Shown here piece by piece: positions 1 to 8,402 of a stretch of DNA of 32,000 nt. This DNA comes from Promethearchaeum syntrophicum (GTDB lineage: Archaea > Asgardarchaeota > Lokiarchaeia > Sigyniarchaeales > Promethearchaeaceae): NCBI RefSeq assembly GCF_008000775.2, contig NZ_CP042905.2, positions 1,950,001-1,982,000 on the forward strand, written 5' to 3'. Positions within the stretch are counted from its first letter, which is position 1. Every line of letters starts with the position of its first letter. The notes under the pieces were generated by a model. It was given only the letters and a program-made list of their open reading frames with translations. It was not told where the DNA came from and did not search any database. A program made the translations under genes and the position numbers.

Positions 1-925
1 TCCTTTTAGGAGTTGGGGAGCCTAGTTTTCCATCTCTAATTTGTACGAACGCTACTGTGTAAATTACTGGCACAAGGAAAAAGAGAATACTTTGCGTAAA
101 AAGAATCGTAAAATTGTATATATATAGCATTCCTAAATTACGAGTAGTGGGATTAATCCAAGTTTCGTAATTATTTTCTGTCAATCCTATTAATTCCATA
201 AAGGGTACTTGAAATAAATATTGAATTAACATTGGAATAAAAATTGAAATTGTTAGAATTATAATTAATTTTGCAAAAAACCCTTTAACATAAAATAAAC
301 CTCCTCTAATGGTTTCCATTCCTTCTTTTTCATCAATAATTAAGGAATGAATTGAAAATATTCCAGAATAAATTACCAAGATTCCAGGAATAATAAAGAT
401 ACTAAAACCTGTTGAAATTAAAACTGAACCAAAGATTATTATAAATGCTGATGTCAATGCCCTTTTTCCAGAATTGAATGGTTTTGAAATCGATTTAATC
501 CAAGTTGAAGGCGCATCCTCATCTTCATAATACAAAGAATATATTTTACCGATTGATATCATTAATAGGGGAAGAAGAATAAAGAATAACAAACTTCCTT
601 CCGCTATATTTGTAATTAAGAAAAGTGTCGGGTAATTTCTATATATTGTATTCAATTCATCCGAAAGAACATAATCCGGATCTTCACTTAGCAAATCTAC
701 TATTTCTTTATACTCGTTGCCCATTTCAAGAATAGTTGATTTTGCTCCAGTCAAAATTAGTAAGTTTAATCCTGCAATTATAAGTGTGAGAAGAAAAATG
801 AAAATTAGGGTTGGAAATATCGTTTTCTTCAACAATTTTAAGGAATCTAAGAAAATTGTGCCTAAAGAAAGATCAAATTTTTTCTCTGAAAGGGTTAAAT
901 CTACATCTATTTTATTTTCCGACAT
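1..925 (-). CDS. Partial multi-pass membrane protein (C-terminus beyond window start)
   Basis: Reverse-strand frame from ATG at 925 (MSENKIDVDLTLSEKKFDLSLGTIFLDSLKLLKKTIFPTLIFIFLLTLIIAGLNLLIL...) stays open to base 1. Several hydrophobic segments (LFFILLPLLMISIG, IIIFGSVLISTGFSIFIIPGILVIYSG, FFLVPVIYTVAFVQI). Missing from the ORF track because no stop lies in the window. Confidence 0.8.
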   Translation of the reverse strand, partial: MSENKIDVDLTLSEKKFDLSLGTIFLDSLKLLKKTIFPTLIFIFLLTLIIAGLNLLILTGAKSTILEMGNEYKEIVDLLSEDPDYVLSDELNTIYRNYPTLFLITNIAEGSLLFFILLPLLMISIGKIYSLYYEDEDAPSTWIKSISKPFNSGKRALTSAFIIIFGSVLISTGFSIFIIPGILVIYSGIFSIHSLIIDEKEGMETIRGGLFYVKGFFAKLIIILTISIFIPMLIQYLFQVPFMELIGLTENNYETWINPTTRNLGMLYIYNFTILFTQSILFFLVPVIYTVAFVQIRDGKLGSPTPKR

Positions 926-995
926 CATAATACCAGAATTTTCCACAAATAAAAAAATTTTTTAATAATATAAAAGAAAGATACAAGAGAATGCG

Positions 996-1790
996 ATGAA
1001 AGTCGGGTATATCCAGTTAAAAACTCATTTTGGTGAAAAACAAAAAAATTTTAATAAAGTTGCAGATTTGCTGAAAGATGTTGATGATGCAGATATTGTC
1101 GTACTTCCGGAACTTTTTGCTACAGGATATACATTTAAATCTATAGAAGAAGTTCAAAGCTTATCCGAATCTAAAGATGGAGAAACTTCTAAATTTTTAC
1201 AGAAGATGGCAAAAAGAACCAATGCTGTATTTATTGGGGGATTTGTTGAAAAATTTGAAAACAAATTATTTAATTCTGCAATGATGGTTTCAAAAGAAGA
1301 AGTTATTGATATCTATCGGAAGCTCCATTTGTTTAACAAAGAAAAAAAATGGTTTTCACCTGGAAACACGAAATTAACTGTAAACAACATCAAAGGTACT
1401 AAAGTAGGAATGATGATATGCTTTGACTGGACTTTTCCTGAAGTAACTAGGACCCTCTCATTATTAGGTGCTGAAATTATTGCTCATCCCGCTAATTTAG
1501 TATTGCCCTATTGTCAAAATGCGATGAAAACGCGATGTTTTTGCAACAGACTTTATGCAATAACTGCTAACAGAATCGGTGTTGAACAACGTGGTGAAGA
1601 TTCTTTTGAATTCACTGGAAGAAGCCAAATTACATCATATAGCGGTGAAATTCTATCTTCGGCACCCTCTGATGCAGAGTTCGTTGACATTGTAGAAATA
1701 TTTCCAAAAAAAACCCGAAATAAAAATATAAATCAATTTAATAATGTTCATGAAGATAGAAGAGAAAAATTTTATTGGAATAATTTGTAA
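996..1790 (+). CDS. Carbon-nitrogen hydrolase (nitrilase/omega-amidase superfamily)
   Basis: 264 aa with Glu-Lys-Cys triad contexts: VVLPELFATGY, DIYRKLHLF, MMICFDWTFPE. Confidence 0.92.
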   Translation: MKVGYIQLKTHFGEKQKNFNKVADLLKDVDDADIVVLPELFATGYTFKSIEEVQSLSESKDGETSKFLQKMAKRTNAVFIGGFVEKFENKLFNSAMMVSKEEVIDIYRKLHLFNKEKKWFSPGNTKLTVNNIKGTKVGMMICFDWTFPEVTRTLSLLGAEIIAHPANLVLPYCQNAMKTRCFCNRLYAITANRIGVEQRGEDSFEFTGRSQITSYSGEILSSAPSDAEFVDIVEIFPKKTRNKNINQFNNVHEDRREKFYWNNL

Positions 1791-1811
1791 AATTAAGAAG
1801 GTAATACGTTT

Positions 1812-4391
1812 ATGAATACCCAAGATAAAAATGGAATTAAAACTAAAATTAATGAAGACACAAATAATATAACTTTTAAAAGAAATTCTCAGATGTTTGA
1901 ATTAAAAAATACAAATGATTTTCTAACATTTTCATTATTTGATAACGGTATATCATTAAAAGATGGTACAAGCGCTCTTCTAATCCGTGAAGGAAAAAAA
2001 ATCTCACCTTGGTTTCCATTTTTAATGAAAAATGAGAAGTTTATTCCTAAGAAAACCAAATTTTCGGATTCAATTGGTTCTGGTTTTCAAATCGATATTA
2101 AATGTAATTTTTCTCAAAATTCGGAAGAACCCTCAAAAATTTTGTGTTTATGGCAATTCAAATTTTATGAAAACATTCAACAACCAAAATTCGTACATTC
2201 CCAAGTCCCATTCGTTTCAATTCAGATCAAAATTGTTTCGGTTCCACCTAATCACAATTCACTTCCGCTTTTTGGGTTTGCTCCGCTCTATATGAAAGAT
2301 CGAGGAAAATTACTGCTATCGTCAGAAGATAGTATCCAAAATCCACGTAATATCACTTTTTATTCAAATGGGTGGCAATCATGGAGTATGAATTATTTAC
2401 TTGGTTATTCAGATAAGTATCCCTCATCTTTTGTAAAATTGGGTCGAAAAGTATTAGAAAATCAAGATAAAACTTTGAAAGGGCGATTTCAAAGTGAATT
2501 TCATACAGTTATATCTGATAATGTAAGCCATTCTTCTCTTATTCTTGGATTTATCACACTCAAAGATCAGTTTTCTAGGATCCTTATGGATAGGTTAGAT
2601 TCAATGGGAAAAATTAAATGGTTATGTGCATACTCTCAAACCGATAGCATCAAATTATGTGATTTAAATAAAGATTTGATGAGTTCTGAAGTCCTAATGA
2701 TTTCTTTAGCAAAAAGTCCCGAACCTTATGAGGTTTTATATGAAATTTGTAATTTTGGAGGGATTTTAGCTGAAGTAAAAAACCTGCAAAAAGATGTATC
2801 TTCGGGTTGGTGTTCATGGTATTATTATTATACAAAAGTCACTGAACAAGATGTTCTATCCAATTTAGAATATTTTAAGCAACACAAAGATTTAGATATC
2901 TCTTTAATTCAATTGGATGATGGATATCAAACAGGAATTGCTGAATGGGGGATCTATAATGAAAAGTTTAATTCTAAATTTCCTCATGGCTTGAAATGGT
3001 TAGCTGAGCAAATTCATAATTCCGGATTCAAAGCCGGTCTTTGGGTGGCTCCTTTTTTTATTACAAAAAAATCAAATTTATTTCAAAATCACCCTGATTG
3101 GTTGTTACGCACGGAAAATAATCGGAAGATAATCGCGAATAATAATTGGGGATTCTTTCAATACGGTTTAGACTTAAGTATAGATGAAGCAGTAGAATAT
3201 ATCGAAGATATTGGGAAAACTGTATCTGAAAAATGGAAATTTGATTTTTTAAAAATTGATTTCATTTTTGCTTCAGAACTAATCGAAGCTAGATATAAAA
3301 ATCCGATATATTCACGCGCTCAAATACTTCGTCGGGGAGTAGAAGCTATTCGTAAAGGACTAGGGGATAAATGTACATTATTAGGGTGTGGTGCACCTCT
3401 TGGACCTTGTGTTGGATTAGTTGATGTGATGAGGGTAGGACCAGACACAGCTGCTGAATGGACTCATCTTGAGCCAATAATGGAAAAATTTGCCACAGTT
3501 GTTTCCTGTAACCTAAAGGCTGCTTTGCGGTCCACTATTCAACGAAGTTACCTGCACCAAACATGGTGGATTAATGATCCAGATTGTGTGGTGGTTCGCG
3601 AAAATAAATCTAAGTTAACTTATGATGAAATTATCCTTCAAATAACCGTTTTCGGATTAAGTGGGGGGCAATTTCTAATATCCGATGATGAAAAATTAGT
3701 TCATCCGCATAGAATTGAATTACTAAAACGTTTATCTCCTCCGTTTTCCCGTAATTATTGTGAAAATGAACAAATGAAGTATAATGTGAGTTCTCAAATT
3801 TCCTACGCAGTACCTTTAGATATTTTCTTTGAAAACTTACCTACTTTGTATACGCGAACTATTTTTACTCCTTTTGGCCAAAGACATCTAACATCTATAA
3901 TTAATTGGTCGAATAAAAATCAAATTCGTTCTTTTAAACTTTCTCAGCTAATTACTTATAAGGATCTTCAAAATTATAAACACAATCAAAAATTTATAAT
4001 TTTCAATTATTGGAAAGAAATTATTGAAGGGATATACGATTTGGAAGATGAAATTGAATTAGAAATATCACCTCATGGATGTGAATATATTGCTATTGTT
4101 CCCTATATCTTGCATGAACCCAGAGTTCCTATATTCCTAAGTTCTACCCTCCATATTTTGCAAGGTGGTCAAGAAATTAAACAAGTGGATAATAATCATA
4201 AAAAAATTAGAATTACACTTGAACTTCCAGGAAGTAGAACTGGAGCTTTGTTTTTCTTCTCACCAGATGTGAAAAAATATGCCTGTTCAACAAATAATCT
4301 CTCAGAAATTACTTATAAAACAGGACTAGTTCTCAAAATTCCCCTTCAATTAAAAGAAAAACAAGCAATTTCTTTGGATTGGGATGAATAA
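1812..4391 (+). CDS. GH36-like alpha-galactosidase
   Basis: 859 aa; SSGWCSWYYYYTKV, LIQLDDGYQ, FDFLKIDF (nucleophile Asp context) and MRVGPDTAAEW (acid/base Asp context) match clan GH-D/GH36. Confidence 0.88.
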   Translation: MNTQDKNGIKTKINEDTNNITFKRNSQMFELKNTNDFLTFSLFDNGISLKDGTSALLIREGKKISPWFPFLMKNEKFIPKKTKFSDSIGSGFQIDIKCNFSQNSEEPSKILCLWQFKFYENIQQPKFVHSQVPFVSIQIKIVSVPPNHNSLPLFGFAPLYMKDRGKLLLSSEDSIQNPRNITFYSNGWQSWSMNYLLGYSDKYPSSFVKLGRKVLENQDKTLKGRFQSEFHTVISDNVSHSSLILGFITLKDQFSRILMDRLDSMGKIKWLCAYSQTDSIKLCDLNKDLMSSEVLMISLAKSPEPYEVLYEICNFGGILAEVKNLQKDVSSGWCSWYYYYTKVTEQDVLSNLEYFKQHKDLDISLIQLDDGYQTGIAEWGIYNEKFNSKFPHGLKWLAEQIHNSGFKAGLWVAPFFITKKSNLFQNHPDWLLRTENNRKIIANNNWGFFQYGLDLSIDEAVEYIEDIGKTVSEKWKFDFLKIDFIFASELIEARYKNPIYSRAQILRRGVEAIRKGLGDKCTLLGCGAPLGPCVGLVDVMRVGPDTAAEWTHLEPIMEKFATVVSCNLKAALRSTIQRSYLHQTWWINDPDCVVVRENKSKLTYDEIILQITVFGLSGGQFLISDDEKLVHPHRIELLKRLSPPFSRNYCENEQMKYNVSSQISYAVPLDIFFENLPTLYTRTIFTPFGQRHLTSIINWSNKNQIRSFKLSQLITYKDLQNYKHNQKFIIFNYWKEIIEGIYDLEDEIELEISPHGCEYIAIVPYILHEPRVPIFLSSTLHILQGGQEIKQVDNNHKKIRITLELPGSRTGALFFFSPDVKKYACSTNNLSEITYKTGLVLKIPLQLKEKQAISLDWDE

Positions 4392-4482
4392 TTTTGAAGG
4401 AATAGAAAAAATCTGTGTTGATTTTACCTAGAATCTAATATTTTTGGAGAAGATTGACAGGAGAAAGATGATCCATCTCCAA

Positions 4483-5634
4483 TTATTCATCCTCAATTTC
4501 CTTTATCTTATCTATGCTTTCCGAAGCGATTATTAAGTCGACATCGCTCCCTGAATCATCGTAAATATCCATATGACGAACAAAGGTCATCATCGCTTGT
4601 TCTGCTTGTGCATTTTGGTCCCAAGTTAAGGTTTTTGACCCCAAAACTTGTTTGGGTAAACGAACATAATTCACCCGCGCTTGGCTGATGGCAAATCCTA
4701 TCCCGAGAATATAAAACAGCAGCTCCAGGCCGATTAATACTAATAATCCACCCGACGTGTCAAGATCGAACAGGAATACTAAGAAGAATACTTGAAATCC
4801 GAGAAAAATGCTGTAAATCACTATATCTTTGAAATTTTCATATCGATAGATCAGATACTTAGCTAATTGATGAAAAAATCTGACTTCCACCTTAGATGAG
4901 AAAGTTGTCGTTCCATTGAAGGTTTGAGGGAGTTCCAACTCATCTTCGAAAGTTACTCCTTTTCCAGGATGTTTAATAGTACCGACATCGACATTTTTTA
5001 TACCAACGGATTTTCGTAAAAAGTGATGATATGCTGCAGTTAGGACCTCTTTTCGCTTCCAAAGTTGTTTGGTTATATGATCCCCTTTCCAAACTGCTAA
5101 TAAACAAAAAATAAACATCTCAACAAACATTTTTACACCAAACACACCTTGCATTTGATCTGTATTAGTGAAATCATAACCTAACTGAGGAGAGAAATAA
5201 ATCATAGGGATGTATGCCAGTAGCGAAAGGATTGTAAACCCAATGAGGATGCTGTTGATCCTTTGATTTCGCTTGACTAATTTGGTATGCTCCTCATCGT
5301 CTCGGATTACATATTTTCCGTATAACCTGAAAAATGCCTTCTTTATGTTTTTAAGTGGTAGTGAAGGGAGATTAATATCGGTTGCTGTGAATTGAGGTTG
5401 ATAACTACCCGATTGAGTTTTTAAAATTATCATCAGATCCACCAAAAGCACGACAGGTATACTTATACCCGCATATATAGTCAATCGCGGATAGAAAGGC
5501 GAGGTAGAGATAACGCGCAATATCAATGAGATGATGAACAACACGATAATGATTACTGTATAAATGATAGCGAAAAAGGTTCGATCACGGTTTTTGACGT
5601 TGAAAAGTTTTTGTTTAAATCCAGCCTTAGTCAT
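4483..5634 (-). CDS. Multi-pass membrane protein of unknown function with acidic C-terminal tail
   Basis: 383 aa ORF with about six hydrophobic helices (FFAIIYTVIIIVLFIISLILRV, GISIPVVLLVDLMIIL, SILIGFTILSLLAYIPMIYF, MFVEMFIFCLLAVW, IFLGFQVFFLVFLFD, LLVLIGLELLFYILGIGFAI). Confidence 0.8.
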   Translation of the reverse strand: MTKAGFKQKLFNVKNRDRTFFAIIYTVIIIVLFIISLILRVISTSPFYPRLTIYAGISIPVVLLVDLMIILKTQSGSYQPQFTATDINLPSLPLKNIKKAFFRLYGKYVIRDDEEHTKLVKRNQRINSILIGFTILSLLAYIPMIYFSPQLGYDFTNTDQMQGVFGVKMFVEMFIFCLLAVWKGDHITKQLWKRKEVLTAAYHHFLRKSVGIKNVDVGTIKHPGKGVTFEDELELPQTFNGTTTFSSKVEVRFFHQLAKYLIYRYENFKDIVIYSIFLGFQVFFLVFLFDLDTSGGLLVLIGLELLFYILGIGFAISQARVNYVRLPKQVLGSKTLTWDQNAQAEQAMMTFVRHMDIYDDSGSDVDLIIASESIDKIKEIEDE

Positions 5635-5707
5635 CTTTTCCGTTTCCCTTATAAAAATGCATTTGAGATCAGAAGTTGTTAATTGTTTCCGCGGTATTTT
5701 TAGGAAT

Positions 5708-6118
5708 TTACTTTAAAATTTTTTTTATAGTAGGTGTGAATTCGATGCAAGCATCAAGATCACCATCCCAATTTGAAATTTGATCAGGAGTATAACAATT
5801 TTCGAACTCTTCTACAATTGAAGTGAGAATTTTATCTGCTTTCTTATCATTCATTTTAACTTTTTTTTCCGCGATTAATACATAGAAAAGTTCAATGATG
5901 TTTCCTTTTTTAAGAAAAATATCTGATTTTCCCATTTCAAATGAGGATATTAGATTTCCACTAGCGGCTTTTGCAAATTGAAGAACTCCCGTAAGATAAC
6001 TTGCAGTTAAAAGTTTATTTTGATCATCTTCAGCAGTTTGGTCTTTTGCATTTGAAAAATAAAAGACCATCTGCCCTCCACGATCAAGTATGTATAATTC
6101 TTGCTTTGGTTTCGCCAA
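5708..6118 (-). CDS. Longin-like domain protein
   Basis: 136 aa; beta-rich start ELYILDRGGQMVFYFSNAKD, helix with LLTASYLTGVLQFAKAASG, then LISSFEMGKSDIFLKKGNIIELFYVLIAEKK, consistent with a longin fold. Confidence 0.62.
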   Translation of the reverse strand: MAKPKQELYILDRGGQMVFYFSNAKDQTAEDDQNKLLTASYLTGVLQFAKAASGNLISSFEMGKSDIFLKKGNIIELFYVLIAEKKVKMNDKKADKILTSIVEEFENCYTPDQISNWDGDLDACIEFTPTIKKILK

Positions 6119-6152
6119 ATTTTTCCCTCATATAATTTTGAAATATTTTAGC

Positions 6153-6764
6153 TTATAGTAGAATCTTCAATATTAATTGGTTCAATATTAGATAAAAGTT
6201 TTTTGTTAAGAACCAATGAAAAAACAACATTAAATATCCCTCACAAATCCCTACAATTACGTCACTTATAAAATGAACACCTAATACAATTCTCGAAAAT
6301 CCGACGACAACATTATAAATTAATAAGATAATTATGACCCAAGGATGGTTGTAAAAAGAAAGCCAAAATAATCCAACCATTATAGTTGAATGGTGACAAT
6401 GGCCACTTGGAAATGAAAATCCATGACCAGTTTTGTCCAATCGTTCGATGCTTTCAATTTGCTGGAAGGGTCGTTCACGTTTAATTGATTTTTTTAAAAT
6501 ATAATATAATAAGAAACTTTGGAAGAATCCTGAAACGAAAGTGATTAAATGGGTAAAATCTTCTTGAATAAATCCTGTAATGGTGAAAACTATCCCCACT
6601 AATCCCCATAAACGCGGATCTGCAAAAAATGAACTAAATTTTGCAAAAGCTGGAACTTTTGTATCTTTATATTTCTTATATATCTTATTTACGTATTTCT
6701 TATCCCATTTATCAATAGTGGGTAACACTTTTTGAAAAAAATCTGGAACAACTATATCATTCAC
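6153..6764 (-). CDS. PAP2-family phosphatase
   Basis: 203 aa membrane protein with the three PAP2 motifs: KKSIKRERPF, PSGHCHHST, SRIVLGVHFISDVIVG. Confidence 0.93.
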   Translation of the reverse strand: MNDIVVPDFFQKVLPTIDKWDKKYVNKIYKKYKDTKVPAFAKFSSFFADPRLWGLVGIVFTITGFIQEDFTHLITFVSGFFQSFLLYYILKKSIKRERPFQQIESIERLDKTGHGFSFPSGHCHHSTIMVGLFWLSFYNHPWVIIILLIYNVVVGFSRIVLGVHFISDVIVGICEGYLMLFFHWFLTKNFYLILNQLILKILL

Positions 6765-6967
6765 ACTTTCAAAAATACGGGAAATTATTTAATTTTAAAG
6801 TTTTTCTAATAAAATCAAAGTTTTTCAATAAGTTTGGGATTCATCTTCCTTTTCATTCTTTTCTTAAAAATGTATCCAAAAAGGTTTTAATACAATAAAT
6901 ATGAAATTTATTCACTATTACTAAGAGCTAATTTAAAAATAGTATATATAAAAAATTAATAAAAAAT

Positions 6968-8296
6968 GTGAAAAAAATGGTTAGTCTAAATGAAGTATAT
7001 CTCGTAGATTATGTTAGAACTCCCTTTTCGCGCTCGCGCCCTGCTAGTCGAGAAAGAAGTGCGTTCAGCGAAGTTCGTGCAGATCAATTAGTCGGATACA
7101 CTCTCCGCAATATGTTTGAAGTTAGATTGAAAGACAAAGTCAAACCAGAGGAGGTTTCTGAGTTTGGAGTTGGTAGTTCCTTCCCAGTAGGCAAACAGTG
7201 GCCTTATGCTGGACGAAATGCATGGTTCTCAGGAAATATGCCATATACAGTCCCAAGTGTCTTTTTCGATCGCGCTTGTGGATCAGCAATGACCGCACTT
7301 GACCATGGAATCATGATGTTAATGACGGGCTATGGAGATATTTATATCGCCTCAGGTTTCGAACATATGTATCAAGAACCGATGTCTCCGGATCTTCAAC
7401 ATAACATGAGTTCTCCAAAACACCTTATCGTTCCGAACCCAGATGACAACAATTTCTGGTATCGAGATGACATTGATATTATGACTGGTTTTAGTATGGT
7501 TCAAACTGCACAGAAACTCTGGGAGCAAGAAGCAGATCATATCCCGATTGAAAGAATGGCTCAACTAGGAGTTACTAGTCATCATAATGCCGCTAAAGCG
7601 TTAGATGAAGGATTTTTCAAAGGTGAAATTGTTCCTGTTATGGGTCACAAAGAAGGGGATTTAAATGAACCTGTCTTGTATGATTATGATTTACCAATTC
7701 GTCGTGGAGCTACATTAGAAAAAACTCTTTCTTTACCCGTAGTAAGCAATCCTGGTTTCCGGGGAGGGTATAAAAATAAACTCTATAAGAAGAAGGAGTA
7801 TTTTGAGAAATTTGGGACGAAAACCGGAACAATTACTGCTGGAAATTCCTCTCCACTTAATGCTGGAGCTGCTACTGCCATGATAATGACGAAAGAAGCA
7901 ATGGATTCTCATAATATGAAACCTATGGCAAAAATTTTATCAATGGGCTGGGCATCTGTCGATCCTAGTGTTATGGGTAGAGGACCTGTACCTTCAACTG
8001 AAATGGCATTAAAGAAAGCCGGTTTAAAGGCTGAAGATATAGATTATTGGGAAGTAAATGAAGCATTTGCTGTTGTTGTTTTAAACTTCATCGATCATTT
8101 CAAAATGCCTGAAGAAACAGTAAACGTTAAAGGTGGTGCAATGGCAATAGGACATCCTCTAGCAGCAAGTGGTATAAGACTACCTGGGACATTGGCTAGA
8201 ATACTTAAGGAAAAGAAAGCTAAATACGGATGTGCAGCTTTGTGTTGTGGATCTGGTCAAGGTGTTACCTTAGTAATTGAAAATACTGAAATATAA
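6968..8296 (+). CDS. Thiolase (acetyl-CoA C-acyltransferase)
   Basis: 442 aa; DRACGSAM active Cys, NEAFAVVVLNF, GGAMAIGHPLAASG, CCGSGQGVTLVIE. The track start at 6968 is GTG; the ATG at 6977 is an equally plausible start. Confidence 0.93.
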   Translation: MKKMVSLNEVYLVDYVRTPFSRSRPASRERSAFSEVRADQLVGYTLRNMFEVRLKDKVKPEEVSEFGVGSSFPVGKQWPYAGRNAWFSGNMPYTVPSVFFDRACGSAMTALDHGIMMLMTGYGDIYIASGFEHMYQEPMSPDLQHNMSSPKHLIVPNPDDNNFWYRDDIDIMTGFSMVQTAQKLWEQEADHIPIERMAQLGVTSHHNAAKALDEGFFKGEIVPVMGHKEGDLNEPVLYDYDLPIRRGATLEKTLSLPVVSNPGFRGGYKNKLYKKKEYFEKFGTKTGTITAGNSSPLNAGAATAMIMTKEAMDSHNMKPMAKILSMGWASVDPSVMGRGPVPSTEMALKKAGLKAEDIDYWEVNEAFAVVVLNFIDHFKMPEETVNVKGGAMAIGHPLAASGIRLPGTLARILKEKKAKYGCAALCCGSGQGVTLVIENTEI

Positions 8297-8309
8297 AGAA
8301 TTAAAGAAA

Positions 8310-8330
8310 TTTTTTTTTCCAATTTTTTTT
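8310..8330 (+). terminator. Candidate archaeal oligo-T terminator downstream of the thiolase
   Basis: Two T runs (ttttttttt cc aa tttttttt) begin 14 bp after the stop codon at 8296, before the next gene. Confidence 0.35.
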
Positions 8331-8402
8331 GACTTAAAAAAAAAAGCAAAATGGTCGTATGGAAAACATTTTTTAATATTAGAATTAATAATCTGTATAA
8401 CA

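Noticed and set aside
717-965. Plus-strand ORF of 82 aa
   Set aside because: Antisense to the better supported minus-strand membrane-protein CDS, non-ATG start (TTG), no domain signal.
2032-2835. ORFs 2032..2295 (+) and 2650..2835 (-)
   Set aside because: Lie inside the GH36 gene in other frames, with low-complexity, unstructured composition.
7352-7564. Antisense ORF of 70 aa
   Set aside because: Inside the thiolase gene; no motif.
8277-8402. N-terminal extension of the ABC permease ORF
   Set aside because: Overlaps the thiolase end and the poly-T/poly-A spacer; MGNRLSFYFSQGSKN at 8403 is a more natural start.
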